From: a virus
Taxonomy: Duplodnaviria > Caudoviricetes
IMG/VR virus record: IMGVR_UViG_3300037424_000274
Span: 1-38,428 of that record
Length of the DNA: 38,428 nucleotides
Strand: one strand, 5' to 3'
Shown here: positions 1 through 9,023 of the stretch, piece after piece
Numbering within the stretch: the first letter of the stretch is position 1
Layout: every line of letters begins with the position of its first letter
The notes under the pieces: generated by a model
Told to the model about the DNA's origin: nothing
Database searches by the model: none
What the model saw: the letters and a program-made list of their open reading frames with translations, nothing else
Translations under genes and position numbers: made by a program

Positions 1-127
1 TTCAACGTTGGGCACGGTTGGCGATATTGTTCTGGCTTCGATGAGCCAGTACCAGGCGATCAGCAAGGGCGGCGTGAAATCGGCCTCTAGCATTCACGTC
101 CAGTTTGCCACCGATGAGATGGCGTTC
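1..127. repeat. Terminal direct repeat (circular assembly overlap), left copy
   Basis: Bases 1-127 are identical to 38302-38428. The repeat lies mid-CDS and preserves the MCP reading frame. 127 is a common assembler k-mer size. Confidence 0.95.
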
Positions 128-235
128 CGGTTTATCTATCGGATTGACGGCGCTCCCAACTTGGCAAGCCCCGTGACTCCCTTCAAGGGATCGAATACGG
201 TTAGCCCGTTCGTCGCCCTGACCACCTCGACCTAA
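2..235 (+). CDS. C-terminal end of the protease-major capsid protein ORF (continues from 36413 across the circular junction)
   Basis: Same frame as 36413-38428. The sequence SIHVQFATDEMAFRFIYRIDG...SPFVAL is a typical HK97-fold MCP C-terminus. Confidence 0.92.
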   Translation, partial: STLGTVGDIVLASMSQYQAISKGGVKSASSIHVQFATDEMAFRFIYRIDGAPNLASPVTPFKGSNTVSPFVALTTST

Positions 236-260
236 GCCGGACCAATAGGAGAAATTGAAA

Positions 261-773
261 ATGGCTACACATTTCGGTATGTACGAGAATATTGTCCCGC
301 TGGTCGCTCCCGTTGACGGAACGACCAGCTCCCCGGCTTCGACCTACCTGGACATCCAGAGTGCGCACCGGGCTTCATTCCTGCTGTACTTTGGCGTCGT
401 GACCAGCGCAACTGCTACCGACACCATGACCCTGACCGTCGAGGCTTCGACCGCCTCCGCGTCGAACGCGACTGAAGAGGCGATTGCCTTTGATTATCGC
501 CTGTCTGACGCCTTCGCGGGCGGAAACACCTGGGGCGCAGTCACCGCCGCAACGAGCGCGGGCCTGAGCCTGGGCGCTTCAACCGTGTTTGACGGTTTCA
601 TGGTGTACATCGACATTGACCCGCAAGCGGTCACGGCGAAGAAACCGGACGCCCGTTGGGTGCGGTTGGTCCTGACCCCTTCAGAGGCCTATAGCGCGAT
701 CCTTTACACCGTTATCGGCATGATCGACCCACGCTACAAGGGCACTACCATGATCGCGGCTACGGTTACTTAG
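261..773 (+). CDS. Putative capsid decoration/cement protein
   Basis: Directly follows MCP. Ala/Thr/Ser-rich with a beta-type pattern. AGGAG SD precedes the ATG at 261. Function inferred from position. Confidence 0.55.
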   Translation: MATHFGMYENIVPLVAPVDGTTSSPASTYLDIQSAHRASFLLYFGVVTSATATDTMTLTVEASTASASNATEEAIAFDYRLSDAFAGGNTWGAVTAATSAGLSLGASTVFDGFMVYIDIDPQAVTAKKPDARWVRLVLTPSEAYSAILYTVIGMIDPRYKGTTMIAATVT

Positions 774-862
774 TCCATCCTCCTCCCAGGGTTGGAGGGC
801 CGGGGGCGAGTCTTGGGACAGACCCCCGGCCAGAATGGGAGTTCAACAACCTGGAGAATGCA

Positions 863-1960
863 ATGCAAAAACTGGCGATAGTAGGAACACACCCGGCGAC
901 ACGAGATAACGCGCCATTTGGCGACGAATCGTTTGATATTTGGGTATTCAACGAAGCACCGCAGGCCGATTGGTGCAAACGCTGGACGGCCTGTTTCCAG
1001 ATGCACGCGCCCGAAGTCTACGAGAGCCGTAACAACTTTGTTCACAAGGGACACTGGGAATGGCTGCAAGAGGATCACGGCGCGGACAAGGTCGTTTGGA
1101 TGCAGGACGTGGACGCGCGCGTGCCTAACTCGCGCAGATTCCCAATGGACGAACTACCCGCCGAATGGCATCCAACCGGCGTAAAGTGGTTCACATCTAC
1201 CGCGCCGATGTGCCTGGCGCTTGCGCTGCATCTTGGCTATGAGTACATCGAGGTCTATGGGGTGGAATTGTCGAGCAATACCGAATACAGCTATCAGTTA
1301 CCTTGCTGGCTGTATTGGGTGGGTGTAGCCAGGGGGGTAATCGGAAACAACCTGGTGCTCAAAAGCGGGCAAGAACACTTTGACGCCAGGTTATACGGCT
1401 ACAACGGGGAAATCCAGATCGACAAGGATTATTTCTTACAGCGCATGGCAACGTTTGAGGCACAGAAGAAAACCCTTCAAAGCCGCATGGACAAGATACG
1501 TGATCGCATTATCGCCTGCACTTTAGACAACAAATACGACAAGTTTCCAGACCTGATTACCGAGGCTCAGAACGTCGCCATTGACCTTGGGGAATCGGCG
1601 GGAGCATTGCAGGAAGCCGAGCAATTTGCAACGCGGCTTGACCCGATACCTCGCCAGCAGTACGAGAGGCGGGCAGCCCAGGCACAAGAGGACGGTGATA
1701 AACAGCGTTCCTTGATGGATAAAGAGTTTGGCAAGGTCGAGTACGTGTTCAACGCCTGGAAGTTAACCAGCAACTACGAGGCGCTAAAACAACTGCGCAT
1801 GTTCTACGGTCAGCTGCTGGAATTCGCCTTCAAGGTTGGTGGAAATCTGGGCGTGATGAAAGAGAACACGCATTATGCAATCGAATATGACAGCCGCGTG
1901 AGTGCGGCAGGTGGGCAGCGCACCCTAACGGCGCTAGGAGTTAACAACGATGGCGGTTAG
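863..1960 (+). CDS. Glycosyltransferase-like protein (sialyltransferase/Maf-like Rossmann fold) with coiled-coil C-terminus
   Basis: KLAIVG...DIWVFN at the N-terminus and FTSTAPMCLALALHLGYEYIEVYGVEL resemble GT29/GT42/Maf-type motifs. The C-terminal half is helical and charged. Confidence 0.5.
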   Translation: MQKLAIVGTHPATRDNAPFGDESFDIWVFNEAPQADWCKRWTACFQMHAPEVYESRNNFVHKGHWEWLQEDHGADKVVWMQDVDARVPNSRRFPMDELPAEWHPTGVKWFTSTAPMCLALALHLGYEYIEVYGVELSSNTEYSYQLPCWLYWVGVARGVIGNNLVLKSGQEHFDARLYGYNGEIQIDKDYFLQRMATFEAQKKTLQSRMDKIRDRIIACTLDNKYDKFPDLITEAQNVAIDLGESAGALQEAEQFATRLDPIPRQQYERRAAQAQEDGDKQRSLMDKEFGKVEYVFNAWKLTSNYEALKQLRMFYGQLLEFAFKVGGNLGVMKENTHYAIEYDSRVSAAGGQRTLTALGVNNDGG

Positions 1961-2318
1961 TGTTGATAACAGTGGATATTTGCACAAAGTAAAGTTTACC
2001 CTCCTGTCAACTACGGCGGGCAGTGATTCGGAAGTAACAACCGAGCAATTTAACGACATGCTGATGCGCGTAATTATCACCCCGGACGGCGGTGGCACAG
2101 CCCCGTCAGCGGCCTGGGACGTGACGGTTACGGACTCTGACGGCGGGGACGTTCTGGCGGGGCTTGGGGCAAACCTCAGCGAAACGGCGGTAACGTACAA
2201 GTCGAGCAATGACGGGTTGGGTTGTGTGAAGTCATCGGCCCTGACATGCAGTGCCACCAACATGGGTGAAGGTAAGGGAGCGACTGTCACCCTATTCATG
2301 CTTCAACTGGATCAGTAA
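1950..2318 (+). CDS. Hypothetical virion structural protein
   Basis: Thr/Ser/Gly-rich, coupled to neighbours in the head-neck module, GGAG SD. Confidence 0.55.
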   Translation: MAVSVDNSGYLHKVKFTLLSTTAGSDSEVTTEQFNDMLMRVIITPDGGGTAPSAAWDVTVTDSDGGDVLAGLGANLSETAVTYKSSNDGLGCVKSSALTCSATNMGEGKGATVTLFMLQLDQ

Positions 2319-2926
2319 TGACGATCACAAACGGCTACGCAACGCTGGACGAATTCAAGGCGCGTCACTATGCGTCATCCGCTGATACGACAGACGATAC
2401 GGATATAGAGTTTATCATCCAGACGGCAAGCCGGGACATCGACAACTACATGGGGCGGCGCTTCTACTCTACCAGCGCGGACGAAACGCGCACATACCAG
2501 GCGTCTAGCCCTTGCCGAGTGTTTACCGACGACCTGCTCACCATAACCTCGCTGAAAACAGATGAGGACGGCGATAGGACGTATGAGCTAACTTGGGCCA
2601 CTACGGACTACGACCTTCTGCCCGAGAACGCGGTGGTTGACAGCAAACCATACACCTACATCGAAATTGCTCCCCAGGGTAATTACTCATTCCCTATGCA
2701 CAGGAAGGCTGTACAGATCGTTGGCACGTTTGGATACTGCGTGACGGGGTCGGAGCCGGATATTATAAACCAGGCGTGCTTGATCCAAGCCAACCGCATT
2801 TACCAGCGCAAAAACGCGCCTTTTGGCGTGACTGCGCCGAATGAGTTTGGGCAGCAAACGGTAATGGGCAAGCTGGACCCGGACGTAGAACAAATGCTCA
2901 ATCCGTTGCGAAGGAAGTTTTACTAA
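2318..2926 (+). CDS. Head-tail connector/adaptor (gp6/gp15-like)
   Basis: YATLDEFK start, ASRDIDNYMGRRF, GY...PDIINQACL, and LDPDVEQMLNPLRR end. Confidence 0.85.
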   Translation: MTITNGYATLDEFKARHYASSADTTDDTDIEFIIQTASRDIDNYMGRRFYSTSADETRTYQASSPCRVFTDDLLTITSLKTDEDGDRTYELTWATTDYDLLPENAVVDSKPYTYIEIAPQGNYSFPMHRKAVQIVGTFGYCVTGSEPDIINQACLIQANRIYQRKNAPFGVTAPNEFGQQTVMGKLDPDVEQMLNPLRRKFY

Positions 2927-3345
2927 TGGCTCTCCAGGATGCAATCGAGCGCGTGCAGTACCACGCCACGCAGACAACCAGCATCCGCGCCGCGCCGGAT
3001 AACCTTGACTTCGACGCCGCAAACCAGGGAGTGTATGCCTTCTCGTATCCCGCAACCGGATCAATGGGAACTGAGGCAAGCGGGCAGGGGCACGATTTGC
3101 ATACCATCGCAACCGAGATACACGTCACCGGCAGCGATATCAAGCAAATCAGCATCAAGGATGAGGGGATATTGGAGGCGTTTGTCAACAAACTGCGCGG
3201 GGATACAACGCTGAATGCCACAGTAAGCACGATTGTCCCGCCGATCACCTATGCCACGCAGGTATTGGTAGACCAGCCGGTAAAGCAGATCGTTCACGTA
3301 ATCAGTACAACCGTAAAGATAAGACCGACATACACGGTAACTTAA
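2926..3345 (+). CDS. Putative tail terminator/neck protein
   Basis: 139 aa between the adaptor and tail tube, with an LRGDTTLNATV motif. Confidence 0.6.
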   Translation: MALQDAIERVQYHATQTTSIRAAPDNLDFDAANQGVYAFSYPATGSMGTEASGQGHDLHTIATEIHVTGSDIKQISIKDEGILEAFVNKLRGDTTLNATVSTIVPPITYATQVLVDQPVKQIVHVISTTVKIRPTYTVT

Positions 3346-3356
3346 AGAGGTAAGCA

Positions 3357-4361
3357 ATGGGATTAACGAATTTACGCAAAATGCAAATGGGCGCAGAAGC
3401 GAGTACAGCGCAAGGCACAGCCGTTGCCGCTACCTCTATCTTTCGCGGCCCCGCTGATTTGATTGTCGATGACGTAGAGCGCACGATGGTAAGCGAGAAT
3501 GTGGCTTTTCTCGTGCAGACTGACAGGGGGTATTTCCCGTTCAGGTCTGCCAGCCTGCCGGTGCGCGAGACTGAGGCCACGTTCGAGCAGGTGCAGTACG
3601 TATTCGAGGCCGGGTTATCCACCGCGGCGGCAAGCGCCAACGGCGGAACGACCACGGCTTACGTGTATGAGTATCCCGCCAGCGTAACCAGCCAGCTTTC
3701 CATTCGTACATTCACCTGGGAAACGGGTGACGACCAGGAACAGTACGAGATGGAGTTTGGCTACGTCAAAGACTTCACCATAACTGGAGCGCCCAACCAG
3801 GCGGTAATGATCGCCGCGAATTGGGGGGGTAGGCAAAAGACTGCCGCCGACTTTACAACAGCCCTCAGCTTACCAACGGTCGAAGAAATCCTGTTCAACA
3901 AGTGCAAACTATACCTTGACGCTGCTGGCGGAACGCTCGGGGCAACGGTCAGGGCAAATACATTCCTGGGATTTACGATCAACTTTACTACGGGGTGGAC
4001 GCCTGTTTATACGGGTGACGGTAACCTGTATTTCTCATTCCTGAAGAACGTTGGCCCGGAAGTCACCGGGGCGTTTACCCTGGAATACGACGCGGTTGGC
4101 GAGGCAATGGAAGATGTGTTTGCGGCTGGCACAACCTACCTGTCGCGCGTTGATTGCATTGGCTCTGCCCTGACGGGCACTGGTGGAACGCACGCCACGA
4201 AGTTGCTGCGCCTTGACCACGCCATACAGATCACCAGCGTTGAGATGAACTCACAAGACGGTAACGACGTTATCACGCTTAATTGGAAAGCGGTTTACAA
4301 CGTAGCCGCGACGCTGTTTAGCAATTACACCGTGTGCAATCTATTGAGCGCGGTTCCATAG
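3357..4361 (+). CDS. Major tail (tube) protein
   Basis: 334 aa, GAE..QGTAVAAT N-terminus, beta-rich, precedes the chaperone and tape measure. No sheath gene is present. Confidence 0.8.
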   Translation: MGLTNLRKMQMGAEASTAQGTAVAATSIFRGPADLIVDDVERTMVSENVAFLVQTDRGYFPFRSASLPVRETEATFEQVQYVFEAGLSTAAASANGGTTTAYVYEYPASVTSQLSIRTFTWETGDDQEQYEMEFGYVKDFTITGAPNQAVMIAANWGGRQKTAADFTTALSLPTVEEILFNKCKLYLDAAGGTLGATVRANTFLGFTINFTTGWTPVYTGDGNLYFSFLKNVGPEVTGAFTLEYDAVGEAMEDVFAAGTTYLSRVDCIGSALTGTGGTHATKLLRLDHAIQITSVEMNSQDGNDVITLNWKAVYNVAATLFSNYTVCNLLSAVP

Positions 4362-4375
4362 GAAAGGGGAGGGGT

Positions 4376-4618
4376 ATGGCATTCAAATTTTCCGTTGATA
4401 TTCACAAGGTGAAAACACGAGAATGGATTACGGCATTCTCGGACGACGCAGCGTCAATCGAGTTGATGAGCCAATTTCTTGTCAACGATAAAGGCGATTC
4501 AATCCCACAGGGTGAGGCGCGGGAAATGCTGCTAGATACCACGCTCGATGAATTGGGGGCAGCGCAGGAGAGTTTTTTAACGGACTTCGCCCGAGCAAGG
4601 CAGATTCACAAAGCCTAG
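4376..4618 (+). CDS. Tail assembly chaperone (lambda gpG-like)
   Basis: Lies between tube and TMP. GGAGG SD before ATG 4376. Slippery heptamer T TTT TTA at 4573-4579. Confidence 0.8.
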   Translation: MAFKFSVDIHKVKTREWITAFSDDAASIELMSQFLVNDKGDSIPQGEAREMLLDTTLDELGAAQESFLTDFARARQIHKA

Positions 4619-4800
4619 CGGCTTACGGTGGTGGGCACACAGACAAAGTACCGTTTTGGGTGTTGTTTCTGCAAGCCGGGGAAGAATGGGGAATACCGCC
4701 ATGGGAAGTAGAGAACGGTCCGGCGCATTGGTTCATCAAGTGGAAGGAATACGCGACGGCGCGTGAAGCTAGAGAAAAACATGCCAGAAGAAAAACTTAG
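4376..4800 (+). CDS. Tail assembly chaperone, -1 frameshift product (gpGT-like)
   Basis: The -1 frame is open from the slippery site to TAG 4798-4800: FNGLRPSK...EEWGIPPWEVENGPAHWFIKWKEY...RRKT. It fills the gap before TMP. Confidence 0.78.
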
Positions 4801-5929
4801 CATTCGTTTGGTAGTGAATGACGCCGAAGCCACAAAGCGCCTGATGGGGTTCGGGCAAAAAATTAAGGAAATGGGCGAGCGCGTTAGCTTTGTTGGCTCG
4901 CGCTTTACAGCTATGTTTACCGTGCCCGTAATGGGGGGGCTTGCCCTTCTCGGAAGGTATGGGTCTGAGGCCGCAAAACAGGTAAACGAACTTCAAAAAG
5001 AATTGACCGCCGCAATCAAGGCCGGTGATGTTGATACGGTTGCTGCGCTAAACGAACAGATGAAGGCGCTGCCTGAGCATGTCCGCAGGAGCGCCCGCGC
5101 GTGGAACGACTTACAGGCCGCACTGCAACCCGCTAACGATGCGCTGAACGAGGCCAAGACAACGCTGCTTGAATCCATTGTGCCGTTGGTGCGTGAACTC
5201 GCTCCGCTGCTTACTGACGCGGCAGTTGCCATAAAGGATTTAGTTACCGGATTTAGTAATCTACCAATTGGCGCACAAAAGGCAATCATTGGGATGGTTG
5301 GACTTGGAATATCCATAGGTCCTGTCATGCTGATTGTCGGACAATTTATGGGCATGCTCGGGTCGGCGGCGCAGATACTAGGTTTTCTTGGCATTGGGTT
5401 TGGCGCGGGTGGGGCGGCTGGGGCGGCTGGTGGAGGTTTTGCGGGTGCGGTTGCCTGGGCTGCAAAAGCTATTGGTGGGTTCGGAGTAGCGCTTGGTGAA
5501 CTTCTTCTCCCACTCGGTTTGTTTGTGGGTGCGTTGCTAATAGCGGACAGGATTGTAAAAGATTACATTGGTTCATGGCCTGAAGCATTTAGGCGGGCAG
5601 CTACCGCCGCACAACAGTTATTTGTTATAGGGAATACCCTTATTGGTGGAAGGCAAGCGGGGCTAAACACCTACAATGCTTTCGGAATGGGTAGAGCCGG
5701 GGGCGGCTCTACCCTACCCGGACATTCTTACATGGTGGGTGAACGAGGCCCCGAAAGGCTAACCCAGGGTGCAAGGGGCGGTTATGTTACCCCGTTGTCT
5801 GGTGGATCTCGCGGCGTAGCGGGTGCAACGGTCAACTTCTACTACAACCCAGGAATTAGCCTTGCATCTCAGGACGAGATAGAACGCGCCGGGAATGTGC
5901 TGCGTGATGCACTGCGGAGAAGCCCATAA
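4781..5929 (+). CDS. Tape measure protein (short, ~382 aa)
   Basis: Ala/Gly-rich helical sequence, FTVPVMG near the N-terminus, C-terminal GRAGGG...YMVGERGPE motif. Confidence 0.85.
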   Translation: MPEEKLSIRLVVNDAEATKRLMGFGQKIKEMGERVSFVGSRFTAMFTVPVMGGLALLGRYGSEAAKQVNELQKELTAAIKAGDVDTVAALNEQMKALPEHVRRSARAWNDLQAALQPANDALNEAKTTLLESIVPLVRELAPLLTDAAVAIKDLVTGFSNLPIGAQKAIIGMVGLGISIGPVMLIVGQFMGMLGSAAQILGFLGIGFGAGGAAGAAGGGFAGAVAWAAKAIGGFGVALGELLLPLGLFVGALLIADRIVKDYIGSWPEAFRRAATAAQQLFVIGNTLIGGRQAGLNTYNAFGMGRAGGGSTLPGHSYMVGERGPERLTQGARGGYVTPLSGGSRGVAGATVNFYYNPGISLASQDEIERAGNVLRDALRRSP

Positions 5930-8295
5930 TGCCTGGATATGGTATTTCTGTTTATGGCGACACAGATGATTACTACGGCAATGCAAGCGCAAGTGGTCTG
6001 AATGGCGCGGTGCAGTGGATATTCCTGGTTGATTGGGACGGGGATGGAACGTTCGCATACAACGAGGGACCTTACCTGATTGACGCGTGGATCATGCGCG
6101 GTGAGCGCTATTTCATCGACCAGCACGGCACGGAATTCGTACCAATTCGCCCAGGCGAAGGCACGGCGACCCTGACGAATAAAGATAACCGCTTCGATCC
6201 TGACTACGTTGCCGGTCCGCTGTACGAGAAGATACTGCCTGGGCGCAAGTTTCGCCTTATGGTCAAAGACTTGGGGACGGGCACGACTTACAACGTCATG
6301 GCTGGGTTTGTGTACGACATTCCGCCCATCACGGAACGCGATACGATCCAGCTCCAATTGCGCGAGAGTTCATCGCTGCTTGACAACGAAGTGTCCATAA
6401 ATATCCTGTACCGCAACAGCATCACCGAGGCAATGACGCAGCTACTCAGCGCGGTGGAATGGCCTGCGGCATTCGGCACGTCCCTGGATACCGAAAGTCA
6501 GCAGATTACCGCCTTCACGGTTGACAAGATCAATGCGCTTGACACATTCATCGACCTGGGCGCGGCGTGCCTTGGGCAGGTATTTGCCGACAATACGGGT
6601 AAGCTGAAATTCTACTCGCGCGGGCATTCCACCATGCCAAGCGTAGCTGTAGACCAGGCGCAGGTCGAGAAGCAGATACGGCGCAGCCAGCCGTGGGAGA
6701 ACCTACGCAATATTATCCACGTCACGGCTAACAAGAAGGTCAAGGCTCGTGAAGAACCTATCTGGCAGAACAGCGGCCCGATACAGTTGAACGGTTCATC
6801 TAGCACTACGATCTGGGTGCAGTACCGGGATGCAATTGACGTGAGAGTCTACACGTTCACGGCTAATTCGTCCGTCAACGGGACGGGTTCAGACCTTACG
6901 TCGTCCGTTACATACGACCTGGATATATTCCCGTCGAGCCTAAAAATCACGTTCAGCGCGTCCACCGGGTATGTAACCGAAATGGTGGTGCTTGGACGAC
7001 CGATCCTCGACCAGCCAATCAGGAAAACCGTACAGAACGCGCTATCTACCGCCACTTACGGCAAGATGATATTTTCGTTAGATAACCCGTGGCTGCAAGA
7101 CCTGAGTCACGCTACCGAATACGCCACGATGATTAGCAACTTCCTGGATGAGCCGCAGCGCACGATCCAGGTGACAATCGACCAACGCCCCGACCTTCAA
7201 TACAGCTTTGACCTGATGGACAAGATACCGTTCACGGCCGCCAAGCTGGCTATTGACGCGACCTACTACGTTGGGCTGATCGAGCATAAATGGATGGAGG
7301 ATACCGGGCAGGCGGTAAAGACCACGCTGGTCATGCGCCCGCGCCTTACTGACGCCACGGCGATCAGCAACGACCCGGAGGACCCGGACCTGCCCTACAT
7401 CCCAGAGCCGCCGTATAACCCAGGTTGGCCGATTGATATTCCCTCTACTCCGCCACCAATCAACGCGCCGGGCGGAACGTGCCTTACTGATCCTGCCGCA
7501 GATGCCAACGGGCCGTTCAACCTATCCGGTCCGTTCCCCATAGACCTGCGCTCGAACGGTACATACCAGCGCGATTTGGGGATAGTTGACGGCGTATATA
7601 TTCGCCCGTCCAACTTCACCAACAAAAGCATGATTACCGTAACGGGCGATTGGCAGACATACGATCCGATTACAAAGGGGTGGATTGGCGAGACATCATC
7701 GACTAACTGGCGGGTTACGGTCAACGGTGGGTTTGAGGCAACCAAAAGCCCCATTACAGACCAGGGCAGCGGAACTCGCTTGCTTACCTTTGACTCAGGC
7801 GGAGGGCAGTCTCTGTCCAGCCTGCGCTTTGCGGTTGACCAAAGCGGGTTAGCTTATACCGTGATAGCTCCCGTTGCATCCGGTGATGTCAACTCGACAA
7901 ACGAGAGCGGGGTTGAGACTGGCGTTGTCATTGGGCAGTGGTACGCGATAGAGGGAACGGGGGGACCGTGGGACAACGGCGTAGGCGATAGTGTTTATCA
8001 ATTTGCGGTAGCACAAAACGCGTCCTTTACCAGCGCCGCTTATTCAGGAGTAGTCAACACAACCTATGGTCAGGACCTTGGCTTCGCGGCTCATGCCTAT
8101 CGGGTGGGTGCAACAAATTACGGGCGCATATTCTTCAAGGCAGTCACCCCGACCGTTTGGATACGGGCCAATGATTACCAATTTGGAGACAACAGCGGAA
8201 CTCAGGGCTGGCTATTGAGCACTGCCAGTTATGACGAGGTACACCGCTGGTATATTCGCGGCGTGTCTCTATTCAACGTTTGTGGGAAGGCATAG
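5929..8295 (+). CDS. Tail tip/baseplate hub protein with C-terminal adhesion-type domains
   Basis: Follows TMP. VDWDGDGTF, GTATLTNKDNRFDP, VFADNTGKLKF; Pro-rich linker, then beta-rich domains. Confidence 0.7.
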   Translation: MPGYGISVYGDTDDYYGNASASGLNGAVQWIFLVDWDGDGTFAYNEGPYLIDAWIMRGERYFIDQHGTEFVPIRPGEGTATLTNKDNRFDPDYVAGPLYEKILPGRKFRLMVKDLGTGTTYNVMAGFVYDIPPITERDTIQLQLRESSSLLDNEVSINILYRNSITEAMTQLLSAVEWPAAFGTSLDTESQQITAFTVDKINALDTFIDLGAACLGQVFADNTGKLKFYSRGHSTMPSVAVDQAQVEKQIRRSQPWENLRNIIHVTANKKVKAREEPIWQNSGPIQLNGSSSTTIWVQYRDAIDVRVYTFTANSSVNGTGSDLTSSVTYDLDIFPSSLKITFSASTGYVTEMVVLGRPILDQPIRKTVQNALSTATYGKMIFSLDNPWLQDLSHATEYATMISNFLDEPQRTIQVTIDQRPDLQYSFDLMDKIPFTAAKLAIDATYYVGLIEHKWMEDTGQAVKTTLVMRPRLTDATAISNDPEDPDLPYIPEPPYNPGWPIDIPSTPPPINAPGGTCLTDPAADANGPFNLSGPFPIDLRSNGTYQRDLGIVDGVYIRPSNFTNKSMITVTGDWQTYDPITKGWIGETSSTNWRVTVNGGFEATKSPITDQGSGTRLLTFDSGGGQSLSSLRFAVDQSGLAYTVIAPVASGDVNSTNESGVETGVVIGQWYAIEGTGGPWDNGVGDSVYQFAVAQNASFTSAAYSGVVNTTYGQDLGFAAHAYRVGATNYGRIFFKAVTPTVWIRANDYQFGDNSGTQGWLLSTASYDEVHRWYIRGVSLFNVCGKA

Positions 8296-8301
8296 GGAAA
8301 C

Positions 8302-9015
8302 ATGGCATACCCTGGAGCAATAACTTCATTTAGCACGAAAGTGGACGGCGCGGGGAACACAATCCTTGCCGCGCACATGAACGCGGTACAGACAGACGTT
8401 ACCGCGATTGAAACCGAATTAGGCACAGACCCCGCCGGAACCACAACGGACGTAAAGACGCGCCTAGCGGTTAGCCTGGCGGATGACGGCGACTTGCGCC
8501 TGACAGGATCGTCTACCCTGACCATATCCGGCGGCGTGATTACGGCAACGAACAACCTGCACAAGGTTGACACCGAGGGAGCTGCCAGCACAGACACCCT
8601 GGACACGATCAACGGCGGGGCGGACGGGTATGTTTTGTTCCTGGTTGCAGCGAACAGCGCCCGCGTCGTGACGGTGGCGCACAATACGGGGAACATCTAC
8701 TGCGCCCGCTCTAAGTCGATTGTCATAAGTTCGGACAGCGAATTCGTGATGCTAGTCTATTCCAGCGCGCTGAGTAAGTGGCGGGCTTTTGGCAATCCAT
8801 ACGTCGAGCAAACAGCGCTTACCACGCAGTTGACAACGATCACCGCCAGCGCGCCGGGCACGCCGGATTACGCAATTCAGGACCTTACCAACAGCAGCGG
8901 GTATGGCTTTGTAACGTCAGATGAGGGGCAGAGTTTTCTAAAGGTTGTATTGAATCTACAAACCAGGGTGGGGGAGTTAGAGACCAAATTACAGACGCTC
9001 GACTTCCTCGCATAG
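8302..9015 (+). CDS. Tail fibre-like/minor tail protein
   Basis: AHMNAVQTDVTAIETELG N-terminal motif, Thr/Gly-rich body, coiled-coil C-terminus NLQTRVGELETKL. Confidence 0.6.
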   Translation: MAYPGAITSFSTKVDGAGNTILAAHMNAVQTDVTAIETELGTDPAGTTTDVKTRLAVSLADDGDLRLTGSSTLTISGGVITATNNLHKVDTEGAASTDTLDTINGGADGYVLFLVAANSARVVTVAHNTGNIYCARSKSIVISSDSEFVMLVYSSALSKWRAFGNPYVEQTALTTQLTTITASAPGTPDYAIQDLTNSSGYGFVTSDEGQSFLKVVLNLQTRVGELETKLQTLDFLA

Positions 9016-9023
9016 GAGCGACA

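Noticed and set aside
1-127. Biological terminal repeats of a linear genome
   Set aside because: The repeat lies within the MCP coding sequence and its length equals a common assembler k-mer, so it is best explained as a circularisation overlap.
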